Assembly: GCA_903828955.1 (NCBI GenBank)
Contig: CAIKOA010000032.1
Location: forward strand, 20,141-84,140
Source of the DNA: an uncultured Candidatus Micrarchaeota archaeon
GTDB lineage: Archaea; Micrarchaeota; Micrarchaeia; Anstonellales; Bilamarchaeaceae
Direction: 5' to 3'
Length of the DNA: 64,000 bases
Numbering within the stretch: the first letter of the stretch is position 1; each line of letters starts with the position of its first letter. The position numbers and the translations under genes are program-made. Shown piece after piece: positions 1-7,512 of the stretch. The notes below the pieces were generated by a model that was given only the letters and a program-made list of their open reading frames with translations, did not search any database and was not told the DNA's origin.

Positions 1-2
1 CA

Positions 3-524
3 TACGGAAACCAGGCAGAGAACGCACTGAAGGACGTTGTCAACCTGCTCGCTGACAAAGTCGCTTTCGAGCCGATTTACATCATTTCAGGCTCCGGAGG
101 CAACTACCAGTCACTCCACGGCCCGCAAGAGCTGCACGAGGACATCCGCGAAAAGATAGTCTTCAACAAATACGGGGAAAAGAAGTGGATGGCGTTCACT
201 TACGATGTGAACGCAAACTGCACTAAGGACAACGCGGATACCTGCTGGAAAGACTCAGCAACCCGCACCGGAGTGAACATAACCGAGGTTGAGGCGGAAT
301 ACAACACTTCCTTCAACGCGATTGCGGATGCGGAAGTTGCAAAGGCGAATGCGGCAGGAGTAAGCGGCTCCCCAACCATTATAATGAACGGGGCGACCTA
401 CAACGGAGGAAGAACTCCGGACGCCTTCAAGAGCTGGATCTGCACCGGGTTCATCACTGAGCCCGCAGAGTGCTCGCAGAACCTCACCGCAACAGCAACG
501 GCAGCCTCAGGCTCCTGCGGTTAA
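3..524 (+). CDS. Secreted Cys-containing thioredoxin-fold (DsbA-like C-terminus) protein; 5' end cut by the window edge
   Basis: The frame is open from position 3, upstream of the M at 189. The C-terminal block GVSGSPTIIMNGATYNGGRTPDAFKSWI resembles the DsbA/thioredoxin-fold C-terminal region. Several Cys are present and an oligo-T tract follows the stop. Confidence 0.4.
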   Translation, partial: YGNQAENALKDVVNLLADKVAFEPIYIISGSGGNYQSLHGPQELHEDIREKIVFNKYGEKKWMAFTYDVNANCTKDNADTCWKDSATRTGVNITEVEAEYNTSFNAIADAEVAKANAAGVSGSPTIIMNGATYNGGRTPDAFKSWICTGFITEPAECSQNLTATATAASGSCG

Positions 525-560
525 TTTTTTCTTTTATCTTCCTTCTTATTTTTGTTCAGA
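525..560 (+). terminator. Oligo-T tract (archaeal-type terminator) after the stop at 524
   Basis: taattttttcttttatcttccttcttatttttgttc lies directly 3' of the stop codon. It is similar to the T-tract after the pilin gene at 15297. Confidence 0.35.
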
Positions 561-620
561 TAATAGTTCAGTGTAAACCCATTGAAAGAATTAGAAAGAC
601 TGGCAGGCCTGCACGCCTAA

Positions 621-2738
621 TTAGCGGACCTTTCCATCCTTAATTTTCACTTTAATCTCTTTTTCTCCAGCAAGCACCGGCAATCCACCCACAAGGAATT
701 CGTGGTTTTTTATTTCCATCTTTATTTTCGCAAATTCCTTTATGCCGATTTTTGGCTTTTCCCCGCGGTGCGTTTTCTGCCCCGCATGGAGCACCTTGCT
801 CCCCACTCCCGCATCCGTGAAAACCACTTCCACAGCCCCCTCCGCATTCTCTGCGGCAAGGAGCATCCCCTGGGATTCCACCCCGCGCAATTTCGCAGGC
901 TCCAAATTCTTTACAATGATTACCCGCTTTCCCTGCAGTTCCTCCTTTGGAATATATGGCGCAAGCCCGGAAACAATCTGCACTTTCTTATCAGAGAGCT
1001 GCACTATCTCCACATAGAGCTTCTCCGCACCGGAGTGCTTCTCAACAGAAATTACCTCCCCCACTTCCAGGTCCAAATCCCCAAAGGAGATTTCCCTTTC
1101 CTTGAATGGGGCATTCTTCCCCGAGAACCTCTCCTTCAATTCCTTTGCCTGCTTCTCTTCTATTTTCCTGAATAATATCTCGGCTTTTCCGATCTTCGTC
1201 CCGGGTTCAACAGTAGGAAGGCCCGCATCCGCCCATTTTCGCGGCTCTATTCCCAATTGCTTGGATATGCCCGCGCTCGTGTGCGGAAGGTATGGCTCGC
1301 AAAGTATCGCAACATCCTTTACCTGGTTTGCAAGCACGAACATGACCACATCCGCGCGCGCCTTGTCATTCTTGACCAATTCCCAGGGCTTATTGTCCTG
1401 GAAATACTTGTTCGCGTTCTTCCCGAATTCCAATAAGTGGAGCACGCCGTCCTTAATCTGCACTTTCTCCAGGCAGGAGGAAATTTCCGAAATAATCTTC
1501 TTCTGCTCCCCCGCGAACTCCAAATCCTTTGCAGAAAGTTCCCCTCCGGGCACTTTTCCTTCGTAATTGTTCGCAATGAACACGACCGTCCTGTTCACCA
1601 AATTCCCGAGGTTTGCAAGAAGCTCATTGTTCGCCTTATCCGCAAAGTCCGACCAAACGAAATCCGTATCCGCCTTCTCCGGCCTGTTTCGGAGCAGATA
1701 ATATCTCCATACATCCGCAGGAATCCCGGACTCTTTTGCATCATTCCCGAACACTCCCACATTCCTGGATTTGGAAAACTTCCCTCCCTCATAATTGAGG
1801 AATTCAGTAGTGCTCAAATGATGGAGCATTGTCCATTTTTCCCCGCTCCCAATAAGAGTTGATGGGAAAATAACCGTATGGAAAAGCACATTGTCCTTTC
1901 CCATGAACTGGTAAAGGTGCACATTCTCGCCCCCATCCATCCACCAGTTTTTCCATTTATCCGTAAAGTTTGCGGTTATCGAAATATACCCGATTGGCGC
2001 ATCAAACCAGACATAGAATACCTTGTCCTCAAATCCCTTTAACGGAACCGGCACTCCCCATTTCAAATCACGGGTAATTGCCCTTCTCCGCAGCCCTTCT
2101 TTTAGCCAGCTTTCCGTAATCGCCTTTGCATTCTCATTCCAAGAGCCCGCAAGTGAGGCTTCCGCAATCCATTCCCTTAGTTTAGGCTCTATTTTCGGCA
2201 AATCTATGAATAAGTGCGTTGTTTTCTTCCTGACCGGGGTCGTCTTGGAAATCCTGCTTGTTGGGTTGATTAATTCATCAGGCTTGAGGACTTTTCCGCA
2301 GCCGTCGCACTGGTCTCCCCGCGCGCTCGGCGAGTTGCAGTGCGGGCAGGTCCCTTCCACATACCTGTCCGCAAGGAACATCCCAGCTTTCTCATCATAA
2401 AGCTGCTCGATTTCCTCTTCTGCAACAAATCCGCCCTCATTCAATTTCGTAAATATTTCTTGCACAATTTCCGTATGCTTGGGGGTAGACGTTCTCCCAA
2501 AATAATCGAATTTGATTCCAAACCACTCGTAAATGTCCGCGTGTATTTTATGGTATTTGTCGCAGATTTGCTCAGGAGTTAATCCTTCCTCTATCGCCTT
2601 GATTTCCGTCGCAGTCCCGTACTCATCCGTTCCGCAAATATACAAGGTTTCGTATCCCCTGCTCCTGCAGTAGCGGGCATAAACATCTGCGCTCAGCACG
2701 CACCCCACAATATTGCCTAGGTGCGGCACATTATTCAC
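621..2738 (-). CDS. metG: Methionyl-tRNA synthetase with C-terminal EMAP/Trbp111-like tRNA-binding domain
   Basis: The class I HIGH region (PYVNNVPHLGNIVG) and MetRS-wide similarity are present. A C-terminal OB domain is present (LDLEVGEVISVEKHSGAEKLYVEIVQL...QGMLLAAE). The annotated start is GTG inside the HIGH region. The frame stays open upstream to about 2822 (ILITSALPYVNNV) without any ATG/GTG/TTG, so the true start is uncertain. Confidence 0.9.
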   Translation of the reverse strand: MNNVPHLGNIVGCVLSADVYARYCRSRGYETLYICGTDEYGTATEIKAIEEGLTPEQICDKYHKIHADIYEWFGIKFDYFGRTSTPKHTEIVQEIFTKLNEGGFVAEEEIEQLYDEKAGMFLADRYVEGTCPHCNSPSARGDQCDGCGKVLKPDELINPTSRISKTTPVRKKTTHLFIDLPKIEPKLREWIAEASLAGSWNENAKAITESWLKEGLRRRAITRDLKWGVPVPLKGFEDKVFYVWFDAPIGYISITANFTDKWKNWWMDGGENVHLYQFMGKDNVLFHTVIFPSTLIGSGEKWTMLHHLSTTEFLNYEGGKFSKSRNVGVFGNDAKESGIPADVWRYYLLRNRPEKADTDFVWSDFADKANNELLANLGNLVNRTVVFIANNYEGKVPGGELSAKDLEFAGEQKKIISEISSCLEKVQIKDGVLHLLEFGKNANKYFQDNKPWELVKNDKARADVVMFVLANQVKDVAILCEPYLPHTSAGISKQLGIEPRKWADAGLPTVEPGTKIGKAEILFRKIEEKQAKELKERFSGKNAPFKEREISFGDLDLEVGEVISVEKHSGAEKLYVEIVQLSDKKVQIVSGLAPYIPKEELQGKRVIIVKNLEPAKLRGVESQGMLLAAENAEGAVEVVFTDAGVGSKVLHAGQKTHRGEKPKIGIKEFAKIKMEIKNHEFLVGGLPVLAGEKEIKVKIKDGKVR

Positions 2739-3000
2739 ATATGGAAGCGCGGAAGTTATGAGTATCTTGTGTTTTCCGTTTTGATGCGTTATGAAATCAC
2801 CTGAAATAAGTATTATTTTCTTCTATCCATTAGGGTTTTTAATTCCGATTACTCGGCGCTTCTCCGTGCAGTTGGAAAACATCGCGTAAGGAGATATTCA
2901 AAACGTCTCGAAGGTTGCGTCAGGAGATGTACAAAGAGTTGCAAAGAAAGGAACACCAACGGTTTTTAATAAACTTTTTTGCCAGCGGAATACATAAGGA

Positions 3001-3055
3001 CAAAAAAGTTTAGGGGTGGCTGAAGGGCCCTGAAGCGCAACGCCTCAGGAGCCCT
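3001..3055 (-). terminator. GC-rich hairpin followed by a T-tract on the minus strand, downstream of rps8e
   Basis: The sequence gggccctgaagcgcaacgcctcaggagccc forms an 8/9-bp stem (ccugaagcg / cgccucagg). On the minus strand it is followed by cuuuuuug. It sits immediately 3' of the S8e stop. Confidence 0.35.
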
Positions 3056-3072
3056 ACAGCCGGGAAGGAGCT

Positions 3073-3456
3073 TTATTTTACTAGAATTCCATTCACTACG
3101 CCGTCCTGCCCGACGCGGTTGGTCACGCGGACCCGTCCGAGCTCGGTGTTCAGGATTGCGCCTTTAGTAATGATGTTTTGCCTCGCGTAGTGCGGATTGT
3201 GGCTCTCGGTAACGGCAGTGATTTTTGCCTTCTTGCATTTCCCTTCAATGATTACGTTCACAAAGGGCGCCCTCTTCAATCTGTTGCGGGCATTTCCGCC
3301 CCTCATCCTCTTGGTTTCTTTCCTTTCCTCAGCAGCAACCCTGGTCGAAGTGAATACTCCGCCAATGTGGGACTTCTTCTTGTCCCTTCCCTTTCTCCTC
3401 ATGCCGCCGGTTCCCGAGGAAACCTTCTTGAGCGTTGATTCGTGATATTGGTCCAT
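3073..3456 (-). CDS. rps8e: 30S ribosomal protein S8e
   Basis: RMRGGNARNRLK...NPHYARQNIITKGAILNTELGRVRVTNRVGQDGVVNGILVK matches the archaeal S8e consensus (ARRNIITKGAI..T..G.A.VTSRPGQDGVVNA). Length is 127 aa. Confidence 0.85.
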   Translation of the reverse strand: MDQYHESTLKKVSSGTGGMRRKGRDKKKSHIGGVFTSTRVAAEERKETKRMRGGNARNRLKRAPFVNVIIEGKCKKAKITAVTESHNPHYARQNIITKGAILNTELGRVRVTNRVGQDGVVNGILVK

Positions 3457-3508
3457 CTATACACCTATTTCTGTTAGAATAGTAGAGCATTCTATGAGGA
3501 GTAAGATT

Positions 3509-3516
3509 TTAAATAT
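3509..3516 (+). promoter_or_regulatory. TATA-box-like element (TTTAAATA) about 25 bp upstream of the cgi121 start
   Basis: The context is aagattttaaatatctccccctgcctataaacccATG. The spacing to the ATG at 3537 fits a short-leader archaeal promoter. Confidence 0.35.
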
Positions 3517-3536
3517 CTCCCCCTGCCTATAAACCC

Positions 3537-3932
3537 ATGATTTTCTTCAGCGCTTCCTCACCCCTTTCCGCAGAAAAACTGCTGGAACTAGCAAAGGAAA
3601 ACTCGTTCCTGCTTCTGAACCCCGAGAAAATCAACTGCGAAGAGGAGCTTCTTCTCGCGGAAAAGCTCACGGAAATTTCCATCAAGGAAAAGAAGGCAAT
3701 CGCAAAAACGAGGGAAAACGAATTCCTTCTCTGGCTTTCCGCAAAAAAAGACATTTCAAATGCATTCCGGGAATACGGGTTCAAATCCCCGGAAAAAATC
3801 CTGGTAATATCATTCTCGCAAACCAAAAAGCAGCTCCTCAAAATGCTGGAAGCAAAAGAGAAGAAACTAAATTTAAAAAAGAAAGCAACCCCTCTTGAAA
3901 TAGAAAGAATCTCCCTCTCAAGGGTTCTCTGA
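3537..3932 (+). CDS. cgi121: KEOPS complex subunit Cgi121
   Basis: Length is about 130 aa. FLLLNPEKINCEEELLLAEKL...KAIAKTRENEFLLWLSAKKDISNAFREYGFKSPEKILVISF follows the Cgi121 pattern (ILN.e.v....hvl.Ai..A.....iaKs...E.L...sg.rqI..Ai...G). The minus-strand ORF 3527..4039 is low-complexity antisense and was discounted. Confidence 0.6.
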   Translation: MIFFSASSPLSAEKLLELAKENSFLLLNPEKINCEEELLLAEKLTEISIKEKKAIAKTRENEFLLWLSAKKDISNAFREYGFKSPEKILVISFSQTKKQLLKMLEAKEKKLNLKKKATPLEIERISLSRVL

Positions 3933-3947
3933 CCACTTCCGTTTAAA

Positions 3948-5171
3948 ATGTTGCTGCCCATAGTATATAGTGGAAATTTCATGGGAGTTATAAAAAACGC
4001 TATAAAAGAAAGCGCGTTGCTGAAGATGGCCATAGGCATTGTTGCTGCCGGGGCTGTTATGGGAGTTTTATCCTATGGCGCCAGAAAGGCACTCAATATG
4101 CCGATGGATGAAGGCATCATGCGAACGCCCATCTCCGCGCAGGTGCAAACCAATTCCAAGCAGAAAAACACGGCCGAACTAATCCGGTTGTCGGATCAAC
4201 AATTTAAACAAACAATTGCAATGCTCGGCAGCAAGGCAACAAGCGATGTTGAAAAAGCAAGGGCCGCGCATATTCTGGGGGAAACAGGAGATAAAAGGGC
4301 CCTGCCGGCTCTTGTCAATGCGCTCCAGGATAATACGCTAGTTGATCCTGATGCGCGGGACGCGGTAGTATTTGCGCTTGCGAGGCTAAGAAGCAAAACA
4401 GCAATTCCATCTCTCGCTTGGGAATTGAAATCCCAGAATTCCACCCAGAATCCCAAGAACATCTACCCTCACCCCATAGATGTGGCATATGCGATTGGAG
4501 AGATTGCTGAAGCAAACCCCGGCAGCCCGGCATTATTTATAGCAGTGGACCCCCTGATTACTCTTCTGAGGAAAGGGCTTCCGGATAAAGTAGATCGAAA
4601 GTTTGCCATAATGCGTGAAGAGTTCGATCGTTACGATCGTTTGTTCGCTGGCTACGGTGGCCCGGCCAGGGACAAAGAAGCGGAGGAAAACTACGACAAA
4701 TACAGATACTGGGAGAACTTTATTCCCCATAGAATCGCAGCCGCGGAGGCTCTTGGAATGATAGGGAACAAAAAAGCAGTTCCCGAACTAATCAAGGCAA
4801 TGAGGTATGATTTTGTGCCAGTTAGGATGACGGCAGCGATAGCCCTTGGGGAAATAATCAGGAAGAACAAGGGCTACATGTATGTGGAAGGGGTATTGCC
4901 CCCGCTTTCATCCTTCGAAGTGTCCGAACGCGTGGTGGAAGCGAAACAAGAAGCGCTTAAAGGATTTGAAAATCCGGCATATGTGCCTGCATTAATCTCC
5001 CTGCTGGACCATGAATGGGGTTGCACGCGCCATGAAGCTGCTGTTTTGCTTGGCGAGCTTGGAGACAAGCGCGCATTGCCAGCACTGAAAAAACTTGCTG
5101 AAAACGACCCTAAGGAAGAGGTCAGAGAAGTTGCAAAAGAGTCAGTAAGCTGCATTCTGGAGCAGAACTAG
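3948..5171 (+). CDS. HEAT / PBS-lyase-like repeat protein with N-terminal membrane anchor
   Basis: There are multiple HEAT-like repeats (AHILGETGDKRALPALVNALQDN.., RIAAAEALGMIGNKKAVPELIKAMRYD.., RHEAAVLLGELGDKRALPALKKLAEND..). An N-terminal hydrophobic segment is present (MAIGIVAAGAVMGVL). Confidence 0.7.
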   Translation: MLLPIVYSGNFMGVIKNAIKESALLKMAIGIVAAGAVMGVLSYGARKALNMPMDEGIMRTPISAQVQTNSKQKNTAELIRLSDQQFKQTIAMLGSKATSDVEKARAAHILGETGDKRALPALVNALQDNTLVDPDARDAVVFALARLRSKTAIPSLAWELKSQNSTQNPKNIYPHPIDVAYAIGEIAEANPGSPALFIAVDPLITLLRKGLPDKVDRKFAIMREEFDRYDRLFAGYGGPARDKEAEENYDKYRYWENFIPHRIAAAEALGMIGNKKAVPELIKAMRYDFVPVRMTAAIALGEIIRKNKGYMYVEGVLPPLSSFEVSERVVEAKQEALKGFENPAYVPALISLLDHEWGCTRHEAAVLLGELGDKRALPALKKLAENDPKEEVREVAKESVSCILEQN

Positions 5172-5172
5172 C

Positions 5173-5218
5173 AACCCCTCTTGAAATAGAAAGGATCTCC
5201 CTTTCCCGCATTCTCTAA
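5173..5218 (+). pseudogene. Degenerate duplicate of the last ~45 bp of cgi121 (encodes ATPLEIERISLSRIL*), not joined to any ORF
   Basis: gcaacccctcttgaaatagaaaggatctccctttcccgcattctctaa is about 85% identical to 3888-3932 (gcaacccctcttgaaatagaaagaatctccctctcaagggttctctga), the end of cgi121. The two copies flank the HEAT-repeat gene. Confidence 0.6.
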
Positions 5219-5221
5219 ATT

Positions 5222-6859
5222 CTATTTCTTGGGTGGAATCGGAGTCGAAAGCCTCTGCAGTAAAACTTCCTCATCAATCGGGAGGTCTATTCCCAGAAGC
5301 TTGTGTATAAACATGAAAATCTCAACCACGCGCTTATTGTCTTTCGAGGTCTTCGCAGCCATCTCGCGCAAATCCATGTTCTTTCCAATCAATTGGTAGA
5401 GCATCACTCCTTCGCGCCCATACCGCTTATACACAGAATACCCGTCTTCCCCGTATTTTTTCCTTATGTCGTCCCTTGTCGCGGGCTTGAAGGCAATCAT
5501 CCCTTCCTTCTTCAATATCGCAAGTATCTCATATACTGTATAGAGCGGAACCCCGGAAACCAAAGAAAGCTCGACCGCATCCCTCATCCCATCAATCAGT
5601 TCCAGCACCTTCACTCCCGGCTGCCTGTACTTAATCAGCAGTGCGGCCTTCAACTGGATTTCCTTAATCAGGTTCCCTGCAAATTTCGCAGGCACATCCA
5701 GCACAAATTCCGGCCCCTCAGCCGCCTGCACCCCGGGCGCAACCCCCGGGCTCACGGTGCCTTCAATCATTGGCGCAAACCCGCCTTCTTCGTGCGCAGC
5801 AGGCGCGCGGGGCGGAGGGGTGACCGGCTTCTTCCCTCCCGGGTGCTCCAATTTGATTATGCCCTCCTTCTCCATGAAATCGAGCATTTCGATTAGTTTT
5901 GCCTCCGTAACCCCGGTCTGCTTCATTATCTCTTCCGCGGTCCGCTGCCCATCGATTAAATTGTAAATATCAAGGCCCTGCTGGCCATACTTCTCCTTTA
6001 TCTTCTTCTCACCCGGGGTAAGGAACGCTTCCTCTCCCTCAGGAGCCTCCTCTTCAGGTTTTTCCTCTTCCTCTTCGTGGGCTTCAATCTCTTTTTCCTC
6101 TTCCGCAGGCTTCTCCTCTTCCATTTCAAGGGGGATTACGTCCTCTTCCTCTTTCGGGGCTTCTTCCTTTTCCTCCTCTTCGGCCGGCGGTTTCTCCTCC
6201 TCTTCCGGAGGCTTTTCCTTCGCAGCCTCCTCTTCCTCTTTTGGAAGCTCCTCTTCCTCAGGGACTATTTCCCCTTCAGGGGCAATTGCCTTTTCCCCGG
6301 GAGCCTTCTCCTCCTCTTCCAGCGGGGCGATTTCCTCTTCAACCCCTAGCTTCTTTTTCTTTTTCGCAAGCTCTTCCGGAGGTGCAACTTCTTCTTCAAT
6401 AGCAGGTTTCTTTTTTGGGAGTTCCTCTTCAGGCGCCCTTTCCTCTTCCGCAGGCTTCTCTTCCTCAGGAGCAATTTCCTTTTCCTGGGCGGCCTCTTCC
6501 TCCTTTTTCTTCCCTTTTTTCAGAGGCTCCTCTTCAATCGGCCCTTCAGGCTCGGCAAGCTCGGTCTCCTCTTCAACTTCAGGAGGGGCCTCGCCTTCCG
6601 CGGGCTCAATCATTGCTTTTTCTTCCAAAAACGCGAGAATCTCAGCAAGTTTCACCTGCTCAAGGCCGGTCTTTTCCATCAATTCGCTTACGGTAATCCC
6701 GGTCTTCCTTATCGCGCGGTACACCTTCAGGCCGGTGCTGCCGAATTTTTTCACTACCCTGTTCTGGTTCTTGAATTTTTGCAGGGAAGTTTTCTCAACC
6801 TTCCTTATCGGGCGGTCGAGACCTTTGTCGCTGGCCATTGCGTACATTCCTCTTGGCAT
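5222..6859 (-). CDS. Protein with four TrmB-like winged-helix repeats separated by a ~200-aa extremely acidic E/P/K-rich linker
   Basis: There are four related ~45-aa modules (VYRAIRKTGITVSELMEKTGLEQVKLAEILAFLEEKAMIE; IYNLIDGQRTAEEIMKQTGVTEAKLIEMLDFMEKEGIIKLE; VLELIDGMRDAVELSLVSGVPLYTVYEILAILKKEGMIAFK; LYQLIGKNMDLREMAAKTSKDNKRVVEIFMFIHKLLG). The linker is low-complexity EEEKPAEEE... Confidence 0.6.
   Translation of the reverse strand: MPRGMYAMASDKGLDRPIRKVEKTSLQKFKNQNRVVKKFGSTGLKVYRAIRKTGITVSELMEKTGLEQVKLAEILAFLEEKAMIEPAEGEAPPEVEEETELAEPEGPIEEEPLKKGKKKEEEAAQEKEIAPEEEKPAEEERAPEEELPKKKPAIEEEVAPPEELAKKKKKLGVEEEIAPLEEEEKAPGEKAIAPEGEIVPEEEELPKEEEEAAKEKPPEEEEKPPAEEEEKEEAPKEEEDVIPLEMEEEKPAEEEKEIEAHEEEEEKPEEEAPEGEEAFLTPGEKKIKEKYGQQGLDIYNLIDGQRTAEEIMKQTGVTEAKLIEMLDFMEKEGIIKLEHPGGKKPVTPPPRAPAAHEEGGFAPMIEGTVSPGVAPGVQAAEGPEFVLDVPAKFAGNLIKEIQLKAALLIKYRQPGVKVLELIDGMRDAVELSLVSGVPLYTVYEILAILKKEGMIAFKPATRDDIRKKYGEDGYSVYKRYGREGVMLYQLIGKNMDLREMAAKTSKDNKRVVEIFMFIHKLLGIDLPIDEEVLLQRLSTPIPPKK
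6040..6560. repeat. GAA/GAG-rich coding low-complexity tract (acidic linker of the wHTH-repeat protein)
   Basis: Degenerate repeats of cctcttcctc / ttcctcttc occur on the plus strand, encoding E/P/K-rich peptide on the minus strand. Confidence 0.5.
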
Positions 6860-6942
6860 TTAATCCGCCATAATCTTTATTAACCATTCCTCGGTTTTTG
6901 GAAAAGTTTGCAGAAAAAGAGATTAAACAAAAATAAAATAAT

Positions 6943-7371
6943 TCAGGGCGCATTCCTTGCGCGCTGAAGCGGCTGAACCTGCCTCGGCTGCACCGCAACC
7001 GGAGAATTTTTCTGCTGTTTTCTCGCCACGCATGCCTTCCACTGGTCCACTTTATCCGCGAACTCCTTGTCAAAGGCGCTCTTCTCCTCCGCATTCACCT
7101 TTAGTTTCGCTTCAATTGCAGACGGAGCAGCACTATCATTTATCCCAGCAAGGAGATGCTTGTCCGCCCTAATTGACTTCGCTTTTGCTTCAATTGCAGA
7201 ATTCAGGTAGCCGGCGCATTCAGCCCCTCCTTTTGCGCTAGTTATATGCGCGGCTAATCCCCACACCCCTGCGGTTAAACCAGCTACTGCTAAGATAATT
7301 GCTGATTTTATCACAACCGGGCGCGTCCTCACAGGAATCCAGCCGCCTACGAAATCATCCTTTCCAAGCAT
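6943..7371 (-). CDS. Small membrane-anchored hypothetical protein, upstream in the same orientation as the wHTH-repeat gene
   Basis: It has an N-terminal TM segment (VVIKSAIILAVAGLTAGVWGLAA) followed by a soluble A/K/E-rich domain. Confidence 0.4.
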   Translation of the reverse strand: MLGKDDFVGGWIPVRTRPVVIKSAIILAVAGLTAGVWGLAAHITSAKGGAECAGYLNSAIEAKAKSIRADKHLLAGINDSAAPSAIEAKLKVNAEEKSAFDKEFADKVDQWKACVARKQQKNSPVAVQPRQVQPLQRARNAP

Positions 7372-7512
7372 TTTCCCACCCGTTTATTTCTCCCCAAACA
7401 CTTTAAAATCATACGCTAACACTTAGCAACACACATTTCCCGCAGAAAAGTGCAGAAATCCCCCCTTCCCATAGGGATAATATTTATAAATCGTAATAGG
7501 GATACGAACGGT

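Noticed and set aside
2850-3072. C/D-box sRNA or SRP RNA in the metG-rps8e intergenic region (two CUGA boxes, GC-rich stem)
   Set aside because: There is no C box (RUGAUGA) and no SRP helix-8 core. The stem-loop plus downstream T-tract on the minus strand is better explained as the rps8e terminator.
3527-4039. 170-aa minus-strand ORF overlapping cgi121
   Set aside because: Its sequence is serine/phenylalanine-rich low complexity typical of antisense translation of an AT/GA-rich gene. The plus-strand product aligns to the Cgi121 pattern.
5900-6600. CRISPR-like or tandem-repeat signal from reiterated cctcttcctc units
   Set aside because: The units are irregular and have no spacer/repeat periodicity. 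They lie inside an uninterrupted ORF encoding an E/P/K-rich linker, so this is coding low complexity and not a CRISPR array.
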